In this document: positions 25,380-37,585 of the stretch, piece after piece | How the letters are laid out: every line of letters begins with the position of its first letter | How positions within the stretch are numbered: the first letter of the stretch is position 1 | NCBI GenBank assembly: GCA_028534125.1 | Contig: JAPYYK010000263.1 | Coordinates: forward strand, 682,001 to 746,000 | Direction: 5' to 3' | DNA from: Lama glama | Lineage: Eukaryota | DNA length: 64,000 bases | The notes under the pieces: generated by a model | Databases searched by the model: none | What the model saw: only the letters and a program-made list of their open reading frames with translations | What the model was told of the DNA's origin: nothing | Program-made: the position numbers and the translations under genes

Positions 25380-25620
25380 AGAATAATGCAACTCCATACA
25401 AGTCAAACTGCCTCCATGTGATACTAGCTGCAGAACCTCTCTAAGTCTTAGTTTTCTCATCTGTAAAATGTTGATAAGGACAGCATTTTTTCGTGAGGGC
25501 TGAAATGAGAATCAAATAAGCAATGTGTTCAGTGTAGTTACTACTTGGTTATTTGGTTCATAAAATGTTTTGAAATTAAACTCTGCATTGTTATAAATTA
25601 TCTCCATTTTATTACCAGTG
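25380..25620 (+). mobile_element. MIR SINE
   Basis: aacctctctaagtcttagttttctcatctgtaaaatg core. Confidence 0.7.
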
Positions 25621-25664
25621 GTATCATGATGCATAGAAAATCTAAGAATTCATCATACATATAA

Positions 25665-26123
25665 TGTAGTGAGATTGCTGGCTACCACCCAATAGTCATT
25701 TTCCCCTTCTTCCTCCATAATGCTTGGGAATATGGCTGTCCAGTATAAAGACTACATTTCCCAGCATTCCTTGATCCAGTGCAGCCCTGTGACTAAGGCC
25801 TGGCCAATAGGATGTAAGGCTTCTGGGAAGCCCCCTTAAAGTCACGTGCCTTTCTTTCGGGTATTTTTCCCTTCTGCTGGCTGGAAGAATGCCAGAAGGT
25901 CCTGCATCCACTCTGGGTAGGAGATAATCCTGGGAACAGAAGTCATACATGGCTGAGAAACACAAGAGGGATCTGCATTCCTGATCCCATAAGCCCCACA
26001 CCACTCTAGGACTGACCATCTTCAGACTTCTTGAAAGTGAGAAATAAACTCCCTCACTTAAGCCATTGCAATGTGAGGATTTTTCAGTTACATGAAGCCA
26101 AATCAAATCTTACCAGAAATACA
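25665..26123 (+). mobile_element. MaLR solo LTR (MLT1G/H-like)
   Basis: TG...CA termini; aaagactacatttcccagcattccttg...tgtgactaaggcctggccaataggatgtaag; gtgagaaataaact...tttaagccattg. Confidence 0.8.
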
Positions 26124-28609
26124 AAACAACTGGAAAGCTGATTTATTTTGTTGGACTCAAAGTTCTAATCTGAACTGTGAAACATTTTATATCTTGTCTT
26201 GTTTTCCTAGGTTTTAAAAATGCCCTCTAAGAATTTAACTTATCAGCTCATGGAAAGAAAATCAGAGTAAAATCACACCCACATCACCACAGCATCTGTG
26301 GCTCACTTTTAAACTGGGATAGTTAAAGAGTGGGAGAAAGAGGAGGAGGAAAACCATCATGTCAAATTATGGCTCCTTTGGTAGCTTTAGGACTTTCCCT
26401 AGAATTGGTTATTAGTAGGCAATAATGAAGCAAATTGCACACGCATATTACTTCTGAGTTATGAACAATGCAATGAGAAGCAACCTTTGAAGCTGTCACG
26501 ATCTTTTCAGGCAAGCAATTAAAGTGAAAAATGAGAGTGTGCACAACTTCCATCACCCACTACTATATGTAATACCACCACCTACAAACACTGACGTAAG
26601 AGTGGGACTCAGTCTGAATATTTATTAATACAGATCTGTTCCCATTTGTTTTCTCTTCTTTCCCCTGCAACCCATTCCACCCCCACCTGCCCAAAACTTT
26701 TTCTTCTTTAAAGGGCAGCTCTGACACCATGAACTGCATTCACCTGAAACCTACATGCACTGTGACATCTCTCCCATCTTCACCAAAAGAAATCTCTTTC
26801 CCTTTCCCTTGACCAAAGTATAAATTTAGGGCAAACTTGGGTTCTAGAGGAGAAAAAGTTGATAAGGAAGTAAGCCCCAATTAGGAAAACACAAAATCAA
26901 GATTAAAATAATTAACATTAATAGCTGATATTTACAGGAGGCCAAATATCTATGTCAAGCATTGCATGCTAGGCAATGAAGGCCTCTCATCCACAGCACC
27001 CCACCCCTGCCCCCTACCAAAGGTCCTGGTTCTCAAATAGACCAGACTCTGGAGGATTTGACTTACACTGATCTTTAGTAAAAACAATCTAGTGTAAAAA
27101 ATACTGGATTTTCTGCTCAAGAATAGAAATCACTCCCTGCTTATGTATGTTTTGTGATTTAGGTACCTGGAAGGACTCTAGAGAAATGGCATAGGGATAA
27201 ACACAGAGGTGAGCCTGTTGGAATACGTCTTTCCAAGACGAGAAGAAACCCTAGAGCTGAGTCCAAAGACCTAAGACAATGGGTCCTATAAGCATGTTTG
27301 TCTCATTTGGTTTCAGCCATCTCTATACCATCAAGTACCTAGAGACCAATGGTTCTCTGCCAGAACTGCTCATTAATGTCACCCAGGTAGCTTTACAAAA
27401 TTCTGATGCCCAAGACCCATCTCCAAAGATTCTAACATGCAACCAGAAAAGGGCTGAAGATCCAGTTGGGAATGTCTTTAAACCTGTTTGCATATTTCTC
27501 CAGAATAAAGAGACAACCGTAAAACTGGAAATGAATTATTGAAAGTAATTTTAAAGTCTTATTAATAAATCCAACATCCAGTAAAACCTTTAAATTTAGA
27601 CTTCACTTGAGGCTCGGGTCTTGGCCACCCCAATCCTGTCCCAACCTTTTTCTTTCTGTAGAGAAAGTCCTAAGCTTAATGATTCTGTAGACTGTTAGTG
27701 CCTTTGTGCATTTTTAAAAGCAAATCACAAACAACCAAACATGAATGATCTTAGAATCACAAGCAATTTTCATCTATTCAATAAGGGCATTCTGACGAGA
27801 CCTCTTACTGGAAACTCTCCCTCCCCCTTTTTTGGTTATTGATTTTCTTCACAATATGTTCCTAAAATGATAAGACTGCATCACTTGAAGTATTTTATGG
27901 CTCAGAATTTTCTGTAATTCAGATTGGCCCCAACCAGTGTGGATTTCTTTGCTGTTATTATTCACCTTAGTTAGAAATCGGGTCATAATCAAGCATACTT
28001 GTTTTGCATTTTGGAAGTCACTTAAGGATTTGGCAAAAGGAATCACTCATTACTTCGCATCTCCCAGGGAAGCCGAATCATTGCTTTAAAAAGAAAAGAA
28101 AGGAAGAAAAGGCACACAGAGAAGCAGCTGAACATCTGGACGGAGAGTGACCCGAGTGTTCTGCCTAAGAGCCATCAAATGTAAGGGCACATGTCAGTTA
28201 TAGTTCACTGGGGTGGAGGGCGGATCCTCAGAACTCTGCCTGGTGGGCTCTGGGATCACTCACGCTGTCCCCATGCCCAGATCGCAGCCAGGAACAGGGC
28301 GTGCAGGCTCATGGGTCACAGAGGTTATGCAGTTGTCGGGGATTCATTCCTCCCCATTCTGGGCGGGTTATGCATTCATTCTACTTGCTAATGAGGAGGG
28401 GCACATGCTGGGCTGTCCTCAGATCAGTCTTGCTGATGGTGTGAATTTGGGCGTCTGGGAAGGCCCTGGCACCTGGCAGATGGCTCCCAACATTCTTGGC
28501 GTCTGTGGAAGAACTTCTGGGAAGCAACTCTGGACTTTCTGTTGCTTTCTTTTTTTCCCCCCAAGGCTTTAAGTTCTTTAGACTGGTAACAGAAGAGTCA
28601 TGGCACGGT

Positions 28610-28792
28610 CTGCTACTTACTATGTGACTTAAGAATGTTCCTCAGCCTAAGTCTTGGTTTTCTGATATGGAAGACAGTGATTCATAGTTCTTACACATTA
28701 TGAGGTTATTATGAGGATTAAAAGAGACAAACCATATAGAACACAGTGGCTGATACATGGTAAATAGTAAACTGTAGCCATTATTATTATTA
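28610..28792 (+). mobile_element. MIR SINE
   Basis: gaggttattatgaggattaaaagagac...tggctgatacatggtaa...attattattat. Confidence 0.7.
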
Positions 28793-28879
28793 TAGGTCGT
28801 CAGGTCTGAAAGCATTTAGTGTTTACACTGTCTGACTACTTTTGTGACCAATCAATTGTTCTTAAGTAGCAATGATAAT

Positions 28880-29110
28880 TGATAACAAAGACAAGATTAC
28901 CGTTACTGAGAACCTATGATGAGTCCATCCAGAATGAGCTACTTTCTCTCTGCGGTCCTCGTGAAAACCCCGCAGGGGAGATACCTCCTTCATCCCTTTC
29001 CCAGGGGAAAATATAAGGCTCAGAAAAGGTCTAGATCGCACAGTTTGGAGATAAGGCCTCAGATCCAAGGGCATACTATTTGATCCTGACCACCACCTAG
29101 TTCTACTACA
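28880..29110 (-). mobile_element. MIR SINE
   Basis: gttactgagaacctatgatg...ggaaaatataaggctcagaaaagg. Confidence 0.6.
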
Positions 29111-29959
29111 CTGTTCAGTATCAGTGCTCTCAAATTAAACTGGCAAGTGGCCTTTTCTTGATTTTTTTTCCTCACTGAAAAACTGCTTCATGATGGAAGC
29201 ACTGGAATGCTTGGGAAGCACTGGACCTTTTAATCAAGCAAACCCAGTCTAAACTCTAAGGCCCCACCTCCGGCTGCCAAACTAAGGTGGCTTTGGAGTT
29301 CTCTCTTCAACAGAAACAACACAATGCAGCCACATTATTTACTTGTTAGTCTCTCAAACAAATATTGTGTGAAGAAGAGAAGGCTTAAACTTTACACTAA
29401 AACAGTAACCGGAGTTAGATTTCATCTTCCTTTGCCATACTGGATACTTTGAGACTGTGTATGAACCGGCATTACTTTTCTCCAGGAAGAGGAAGGAACT
29501 TCATCAGAAAGTTCTCTAATTGCTCTTCCAAAGAGTCACCTGTCTTTTCAGTGGAGACAGAAAACTCTTTGGCTAGTTGTCAGCTGAGTTTTTTAAGCCA
29601 TTCTGACTAACTAGAAACACCGTGATCAATTAACTTGCTTTACAGATAAAAGGAAAGACTTTCAATTTATAAACCAAAACACATTTAACTGATTTATCAC
29701 ACATTCAAACCAAATGCAAAACTCTCCATAATGCTTAAGTAAAACAGGCATCATCAAAGTCATCACAAGACATCGGATTTCCCAGAGACTTTTGGGATTT
29801 GGTAAACATTACTATCAGCTGAGTTTCAGAAAATGGAAGCGAAGCTGATGGATTTTCTTAGCTTACTGGAGATGAGGTTTAATACTTTAGCCATGGATTC
29901 AATATAATATAGATATTAAAAAAAATGAATGGCTTTAAAAAGGAATGCAGAGATAACAT

Positions 29960-30262
29960 ATACTTTTAAAATACACATATATGTTATTTGCTGTCTACAG
30001 CCACACTGTCTGTCCTCTTCTCCTGGCCATCCACCTCCACACTCTAGCCAGCTCCACGTGTTCAGCATTTCCACAGTACAGTATATATTTTAAATTGTAA
30101 CCAGTACACCTCCCCCACAGAAATACACAGAGGTTTCACAAACATTACTCAACTTCACTATATGCAATGCAGATATTATTTCATTTTTAAAATTGTTGGG
30201 ACAACCTATTAAATTGAGTTTATGACCCACTAATGAGTCCCAAATGGTGATTTTTCAAAAAT
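29960..30262. mobile_element. hAT-Charlie-like fragment
   Basis: aaattgagtttatgacccactaatgagtccc...tttttcaaaaa resembles a Charlie terminus. Confidence 0.45.
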
Positions 30263-30469
30263 GTACATCTTGCTAAATTACAAATCAATAACATCATGCA
30301 TAAGGCCGATCCCACACAAGACTCTTTATTGTTTATATGATAAAAGACTTAGGTAAAATATAGAGGATCATTTACAATTTGGCTCCAAATTCATCTTAAT
30401 TCTCTTCATGCAACTCCTTTTTCCTCATTCTCTGCACATACCGTGTTCACATGCCATATTATTCTGATG

Positions 30470-30610
30470 ACCCTGTTTGCCTCTCCAGATCCACTGCCTG
30501 CCCTCCTCTGCCCCGTTCTGTGCCCCGAGTTAGTTTACCCAGGCTTTCCAGCCAGGTTTAGCCAATGGAAAGCACCAGTAGGAAATCAGAGGGTGAAAAG
30601 AGAGGATTCT
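30470..30610. mobile_element. ERVL LTR fragment (LTR33-like)
   Basis: tttgcctctccagatccactgcctgccctcctctgcccc...ggtttagccaatggaaagcaccagtaggaaatcagaggg. Confidence 0.6.
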
Positions 30611-32380
30611 GCTGATGAGCCATTGCAACATAGGCTGTTTCCCCAGCTGAGAACACCTCCTCCTGACTTCTCCATAGCCATGCTCAGATTCATCCTCCAA
30701 GCCCACTGTGAAGGGTACCTCCCCTCCAAAGCACTCCAGGAACCCACTTGGTAGAATTTGCTTTAGTACTCACGTCTATTAAAAGGATGAACTACAGTTT
30801 AAAGTGATTATGTTCCCAACAGACGCGGCTTCTCCAAAGCTAGCACCCTGTTTCTCTTTGTCCCCAGCACTTAGTTAGCACAGAGGCTAGCAAGTAACTG
30901 ATCACTGAAAGGATCAATAAATGAGTGAAAGGTAATAGGATTCTTAGTTATCAGATGACATCATAATTATATGCCAGGAGGCAGTATTTTCTAACTGGGT
31001 CTACAGAGCTACTTCATCTAAATTCCTACTCTGGGGTGACCTAGTCTATTTCTTCTAAATAGAACTGCTGGGATCCAGCTCCAGACAGCGGCAGCTCACC
31101 ACATTAAACCGGCTATCTCTGGCAGTAACTAACTAGCTCCCTGCAATCCCACATCACCTGGCAGGGTATTTTCTGCTTATTATGCTAATTAGACTTTACT
31201 TGAAAGATGTAATTATTGCTGCAACCCAAGGAAATAATTAATGGCCAATTTTAGTGGGCAAAATATTCATTAATCAAGTCAACAGACAGGAGACCTGCAG
31301 AGTTTAAGAAAGATCCTTAGAGAAGAGAAAAAAAGATAATCACTGAGCGATTTCTCTGTTCCATAAATACAGGTTAAATCTATTCAATTACAGTCTCTTG
31401 GAAGTTTACATTTCAGATATAGTCCAATGACTCCTAATGAAGTCTTGGTTTAAACTTTTGAGTTCTAAAATGCATCGCTCAACAGAATTATTTCATCATT
31501 GTACTGCATGAAAAAGTGCAGCAAAGATGAGACAGCATTCGTCTCATACTTGGTCTCTTGAAAATGTTTATTCACAAGGGTTTCTAAATGCAACAAACAT
31601 CAGCCTCTATTTTCTATATGAAAGGCAGGGACGGAGGTATTACAGTGAGAACACTATTCGGTTTGCTGGATGTTTCTATCATTTTTGTCCCCTACAAACA
31701 CTCAGCCTTTTAAAGCCAAGGGTGAGAGGACATTTTAAGTTCTTCTAACACCTTAGTAATCAGAGCCCAGGGAAATATTCGCCAATGGAAAACAAAAGAG
31801 TGATCCAGAGATCAGATCAAACCCACACTTACTATTTCAAAGATATTTCAATCCCTAACAGCATTGTCTGGCATATAAAATGATAAACAACCCCCACCCT
31901 GGCCTGTTCCCCACAGCCCTTCTCTTCAATGCCCTTTTATAATATTCATATCCTCAGATTTATGTCGACTGTGTATTTACCAGACGTGTCTCCCCATTAC
32001 ATTATAAGGGGCTTAAGGGACCAGAAAAGATGGGTCACAGAAGGCAGCATACAGTAACTGACAGTCAAGTTTGTATTTTTTACACCAAAAAAAACTGCCA
32101 TGTTTTCATTTAATTTTAAATGCTAACAACCATATTCTAGCCTCCACATGCTCATAAAGCTGTTTAACAGTCCAGAAAGAAAAAATAATAATTTTGTTTT
32201 AAATAATGTTCACCATCCTACATCTTAATAGTCTGGACACCGAAGCATTTTTCATTCAGAGTAATGATCTCCAGGAGTAAAAATAATATAATTATAACTG
32301 AACTACTTGGTCAGCTAAATCACAACCAGAAATGCACTGGTATGAATTTCATTTGCTGTGTCAAAAATCTTCATTCTGGA

Positions 32381-32512
32381 NNNNNNNNNNNNNNNNNNNN
32401 NNNNNNNNNNNNNNNNNNNNNNNNNNNNNNNNNNNNNNNNNNNNNNNNNNNNNNNNNNNNNNNNNNNNNNNNNNNNNNNNNNNNNNNNNNNNNNNNNNNN
32501 NNNNNNNNNNNN
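32381..32512. other. Assembly gap (132 N)
   Basis: Run of N. Confidence 1.
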
Positions 32513-33199
32513 CTTCTGAATCAAAAGTGGGGAGCCACATGAATAAGGAACTATTTATTACATATACATCTCCTTTACTTCTCAAAAAAAAAAATCTCTT
32601 CAAGCATGGAAAGAAAGTAAGATAAAAATTCTTGGGAAGAAAATTTGTTGTTGACAGGATGGCCACTGAAGACCTGTGAAGGGTGTGGGTTTTACTCCTG
32701 AGCTGTTGCTTCTGGGAAACACACAGGGGAAGCACTGAGAGCTCAAGGTGGCTAAGCAGTCCTAGGACAAAGCCGGAAGAGGCATTTCTAATGAAGGAAC
32801 ACGGACCAGGGGACATGCCCTCCACTCCAGCTGTGGCCCCTGAGGGCCCTCTGCTGTCCACTGCCACTAAGAGCTAAGGTGCACACAGGGAGCGTGAAAT
32901 ACAGGCACTGTAGGAGAGAGCAAGCCTCCTGAGATTCTCCTCTACAGCTTGGTTTGACATCACATGTGGATCCCTCTTTAAACCATGTTTTTACCTTCTT
33001 TTAAATACAACTTTGAGAAAAACTTTGCAGGTATGTCCCTTCCTTTATCACTCCCAACCCCAGCCTGGGCAAGGTGACCCCCTCATCTGCTCCCAGTGCA
33101 CCCTCTAGTTACCCACATCTGCACACTCACCTCGCAGCTCTGAAACCGCCCGGCCGGCGTTGTCTCCCATCAGGCCACGGTTCTCCCTGGGAGCTTTAT

Positions 33200-33335
33200 A
33201 AACTAGTTTACACCTGGGTACTGCCCCAGCAATTCTGATTTAATTGCTCTGGGATGAAAGACCCACTAAGCGAAGGCACCTGGGGCTGTAAAGTCTCCTC
33301 AGGTGATTCTAATAAGCTAATACGAGAACCACTGC
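33200..33335. mobile_element. MER5-like hAT element interrupting an L2 fragment (about 33030-33450)
   Basis: aattctgatttaattgctctgggatg...ctcctcaggtgattctaat...gagaaccactg. Confidence 0.6.
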
Positions 33336-33523
33336 TGATGCAGCGCTGGGAGGACACGCACTGTGACCGTTCACCCCTGACTCCCCAACTCAGCCCCACC
33401 CTGGCACCTAGCACAGCGCCTGCTCACTAAAAATTAATTGAATCAACAAAAAATGTTGTCCAATGATTGGAGAAGAAAGTGGGGTAAAGATAGGAGGGGC
33501 ATTCAGCATGGGATATACATTAA

Positions 33524-33656
33524 CAGTTCTTTTCAAGCTGGATATGCATCAGAATCAAGGGAAGGGCCTGTTACAACTCCAATTGCTGGGCCCCACCCCC
33601 AAGAATATGCATTTCTAACAGGTTCCCAGGTGATGCAAATGCTTCCAGAACCACTG
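33524..33656. mobile_element. MER5A-like hAT element
   Basis: gcatcagaatca...gctgggccccaccccc...tgcatttctaacaggttcccaggtgatgc...gaaccactg. Confidence 0.7.
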
Positions 33657-34108
33657 CACTAAAAACCACCAAAGCTGCCTAGTCATCTTAGACTCAGTGA
33701 CACATAGTAACACGTGACAACTGGGGCTGCAGGCGTCTCTGACTGTGTGGCCAAGGACAGTAATATTGTGGGGAATATCACAGGGAAGGATTGCTTCCCG
33801 CAGACCAGGGCCAAGGAAACCACCCCTCTGTACTCTCAGCTCCACTGGGGCTCTTTAATTTTCATGGCTTAAGTATCTGAATCATCTATCATGTGCTCAC
33901 AACCATTCAGAATTAAGGCGTGGCCAGCAAGAACAATAGTCTGCATCAAGGTCTGAGTAAAAATTACAGAACATTTTCCTAGAAATAGGCCCAAGACCAA
34001 ATTTTCCCAGCGCACCAGTGGCAGACTTGCGCCAGAAAACAAACCCATGGCTGCTTGTTAAATCAACTCAAGCACTAGATTCTACAGCTCTAAAAATACA
34101 GTAGTTTA

Positions 34109-34162
34109 AAATCCAAGCTCCTAATAGCCACCCAAATCCAAGCTTCTAACAGCCACCCAAAT
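34109..34162 (+). repeat. 25-bp tandem duplication
   Basis: aaatccaagctcctaatagccaccc / aaatccaagcttctaacagccaccc (23/25 identical). Confidence 0.9.
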
Positions 34163-34674
34163 GCTGTACTAGAATTACTTAGGGAAAAAAATACGCACTT
34201 TCTTCAACTGCTCTCAGTTAAGAGATTTCTTTCTTAAGAGACAAAGGTAAGGAGTAAGGAAAATCCCCAGCACATCAGGTTTTCCCACGAGTGTAGTGGT
34301 TACTGGTTCCCAGAAATGGGAAGGAGGGAATTCTTGTTGGCTCTTCCCGCTGCCCTCCAATCACACGAGCCACTGAATAGCGGCACAAATGGAATCGTGA
34401 CAGTGATCTGGGCAGGGCTATTCTCTCCAGAGCTAGTTGTCAGTCCTCTGGATTCCAGCCAGGAGTGATAAATCTGGGTGTCAGAAAACTGAATACTTCT
34501 GGGTTGTGAAACAGTTAATCTGCAAGGAGTTTCTGGAGGAGAAATAAACAGGAAATTGTGGCTTCTGAAAAAGACCTGTTATGAGGGAAAGAGTGGCATA
34601 AAGGTGGAGGAAACCCCTACACCAAAATTCTAAAGCTGAACATACAGCCATAGTGACCTAATGACTCTATGGAA

Positions 34675-34930
34675 TGACACTGTGGCCAAACGTAATGTGT
34701 ACGTACCCTGGATGGGAACCTGGAACAGAAAAAGGACATTTGGTAAAAACTAAGAAGATCTGAATAAAGTATGAACTTTAATTATCAATTTGGTTTGTAA
34801 TTGTGACAGATGCTATACTAATGTGAGATGTTAATAACAGGGAAAACTGGGTGTGGGGATATCTAACTCTGTACTGTCTGTAATTTACCTGTAATTGTAA
34901 AACTATTCTAAAATAAAATATTAAAAAAAA
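34675..34930 (+). mobile_element. L1MC-type 3' end
   Basis: cctggatgggaacctggaacagaaaaaggacatt...tctgaataaagtatg...aaaactattctaaaataaaa. Confidence 0.8.
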
Positions 34931-36229
34931 TTAAGGAACTGATACTCTGAGACATCTGTTAAAGGTGGTAGATACACTGATGTCTGTTGCATTACTTTCT
35001 GTGATGCTTAAAATATTTTTGAAGTATTTCATAATTTAGAATATAATTTGTAACTATGAAAACAATACACATATATACACATTTCACACCCCACTCCCAC
35101 CCAAAAAGGGACTGGTATTCGTTTTGATAAGGATGCTTTGCTGGAAATAGGCCTGAAACACACCCTCATCCAACAGTTGCCACAGATCCTTTTTGTCTGA
35201 GCCTCCTTGGACCTTTGGCTCTGTCACCACGGAGGGACACCTTCCCCCACCTCAGGATGATCCTTGGAGGACAACTGTGAAGGACATGAACTTGGTCGCA
35301 TCTCCTCTCCAGGCTCCAGTCTCTGTTTCTCCCATCACATCCACCAGAGAACCTTCCGCATGACATCATACTCCCATTCCCATGGAGCCTTAAACCCAGC
35401 TAGACCCCTTTACATGTGAGCTATGAACGGCCTTCGGATGTTCCAAGGAGCAGAGGCATTTTAACAAGGACAAAGAAGAGCCTCCTTCCACAGGAGGGAA
35501 CTGAATAGTGGAATTTCAAGGCACTGGGACAGACTGAGGGCCACCTATGTCTTCAGGCCAAGCCACACGGGTACTGCCCCATGTCTCTTGTTTGCTTCAG
35601 ACTGGACTGTGTTTAGTCAGAGGTAAAGCTCACTCACTCCCCTTGCTCCAGTGCCCTCTCTAACTGAGATGATTCCAGTGCCAGCCCAGAGCTCCTGAAG
35701 TCAGAGAAACTAACACACTGATTTCTTACACTGTCCAACCTACAAAGGAGTTAAAAACAGGTGGTGGACCCGCTAGAATGGGAACGCAGGAAACAGGGGC
35801 TAAGAGGCCTAGACAACCCAGAAACTAGACTCTAATCCCTGGAAGAGTGGGACGTTCATGACCGCACACATGGTCCCGAGGACGGCTATTTTCGCTCGGC
35901 TGCTGGAACGCCAGTACCACGGAATGCGTGTGGCAGCCAGCCTTCTCCAGATAGCTCTGCCTTGGGTCTCACCCAGACCTAATGAGTGAAGATGAGGGCA
36001 GGGGGGCCAAGGGGACATTGTTTGGGAGCTAAAGAAGTAAAACTGTGAGCTTACTAGCCGTGTTCTAGACCCACAGTGTGTCCCTACCTGGTTCTTCCTT
36101 GCCCATACCTCTGCCATCATCTCATTCTGGGCTGTTCCCTTCCCCTCCACCCTTCAGTGGGGTCAAATCCAACCCATCCCCAAAGGGCCCATTAAGTCCT
36201 AAGTGCAGCCCAGTAGTTCTCTGATTTTT

Positions 36230-36645
36230 ACCTCATTCATTCTTTCACTCCACAAGTACTCACTGAACACCTACTACGTGCCAGGTACCACTCTAGGCAC
36301 TAGACATAGAGCAGTGAACAAAAAACGGAAAAATCCCTTCTGTTGGGGACTTTACATCCTGGAACAGGAAAAGGTCAGTAAGAAAATAAGCGAATACATA
36401 CTACTATGTACACTATATCGGGAAGAAAACGGAGGAAGAACAGGGAAAGGGAGGCTGGGAGACAGTTCTGGTCCCTTAACCAGCACACACAGCATAGACC
36501 ATTATTTCACCTGGTTAGTGTTTCTGTGTTACCTCTACAGCTAGATACCCTACATTCAAGAAGGACAGGGGCTGTTTCAGGCTTCTTTGAGCCCAGGATT
36601 GTACACCCAATAGATGTTTAATCAAGTGTGTTGAATGAAAGAATT
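36230..36645. mobile_element. Two L2 3' ends in opposite orientations
   Basis: ctcattcattctttcactccacaagtactcactgaacacctactacgtgccagg (minus) and ...aagtgtgttgaatgaaagaa (plus). Confidence 0.7.
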
Positions 36646-36729
36646 TATATAATGCAGGTGATTCCTATTTTAGAAACTTAGCCACGTATCTCACCCCTGG
36701 CTCCTGGGCAACAAGTGCAGCACTGACGA

Positions 36730-37440
36730 GACACCAGTGAATTAACCAGATGAGATTCAGGCCCTCAAGATGTGCACATTTCGGTGAAGAAGATGGCCAA
36801 AGAAAAGTCAACAGGAAATAATTTCAATCTGTGACCATTTCTTTGAAGGGAACAAGCAGGGAGATGAAAAGGAGAATCCCAGCAAGGAGGTCAGGGAGGG
36901 CCTTTCTGAGAGGGTGACATTCCAGCCAAGATGTAAAGGATGAAAGGAGCCAGCCAGGCAATGGGAAGGACAGGGGTGTGGCTGGGACAGTGAGAGTGAG
37001 GCTCCTGGAGAAGGAGATGGTGCTGCAGGTGCTCAAGGAACTAGGGTAGTGTAGGGATGAGGCTGGGAGGGGGCGGGAGTGCAGGAATGAAGCTGGGAGG
37101 GGGTGGGAGTGCAGGAATGAAGGTAGGAGTGGGTGGGAGTGCAGAGGTGAGTCTGGGAGGGGCACAGGAGTGCAGGGGTAAGGCTGGGAGGGGGCAGGAG
37201 TGCAGAAATGAGGCTAGGAGGGGGAAAGGAGTACAGGGGTAAGGCTGAGAGAGGGACAGGACTGCAGGGGCAAGTCTGGGAGGGGGGAGGGAGTGCAGGG
37301 ATGAGGCTGGGAGGGGACAGGATCTAGCTCTCACAGGCCCTTGTGAGGCACTGTAGGGGGTGTGGGTTTTATTCTATATACAATGGGAAGCCAAGGCAGG
37401 AGAGAACAAGAGATTTTATTTTCAGAAGAGTACTCTAACA
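36730..37440 (-). mobile_element. L2 fragment hosting a minisatellite
   Basis: ggaggtcagggagggcctttctgagagggtgacattc...gggttttattctatatacaatgggaagcca. Confidence 0.7.
37048..37321 (+). repeat. G-rich minisatellite, about 9 copies of a 30-31 bp unit
   Basis: Consensus approx. AGTGCAGGGATGAGGCTGGGAGGGGGCAGG repeated head to tail with degeneracy. Confidence 0.92.
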
Positions 37441-37455
37441 AGATAATCCCAGAAT

Positions 37456-37585
37456 CAGGGTAATTACCTGTCCCAGTTTGTCGGGACAATGTCATTTTAT
37501 GCCTACTGTGGCAGGGTTTATTAATAGCACCCCATTTCCCTCTCCAAAGTATTGAAGATTCAAAGAAAAATTACATGGTCATCTC
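37456..37585 (-). mobile_element. MER94-like hAT-Blackjack element
   Basis: ttattaatagcaccccatttccctctccaaagt...aaattacatggtcatct. Confidence 0.6.

Noticed and set aside
32264-32867. ORFs spanning N runs (also at 7472-7884, 16731-16985 and 44191-44599)
   Set aside because: They are open only because N codons cannot be stops.
37041-37334. Pro-rich or Gly-rich repeat protein, or a CRISPR-like array
   Set aside because: These are translations of a head-to-tail minisatellite with no unique spacers and with frame-breaking 31-bp units.
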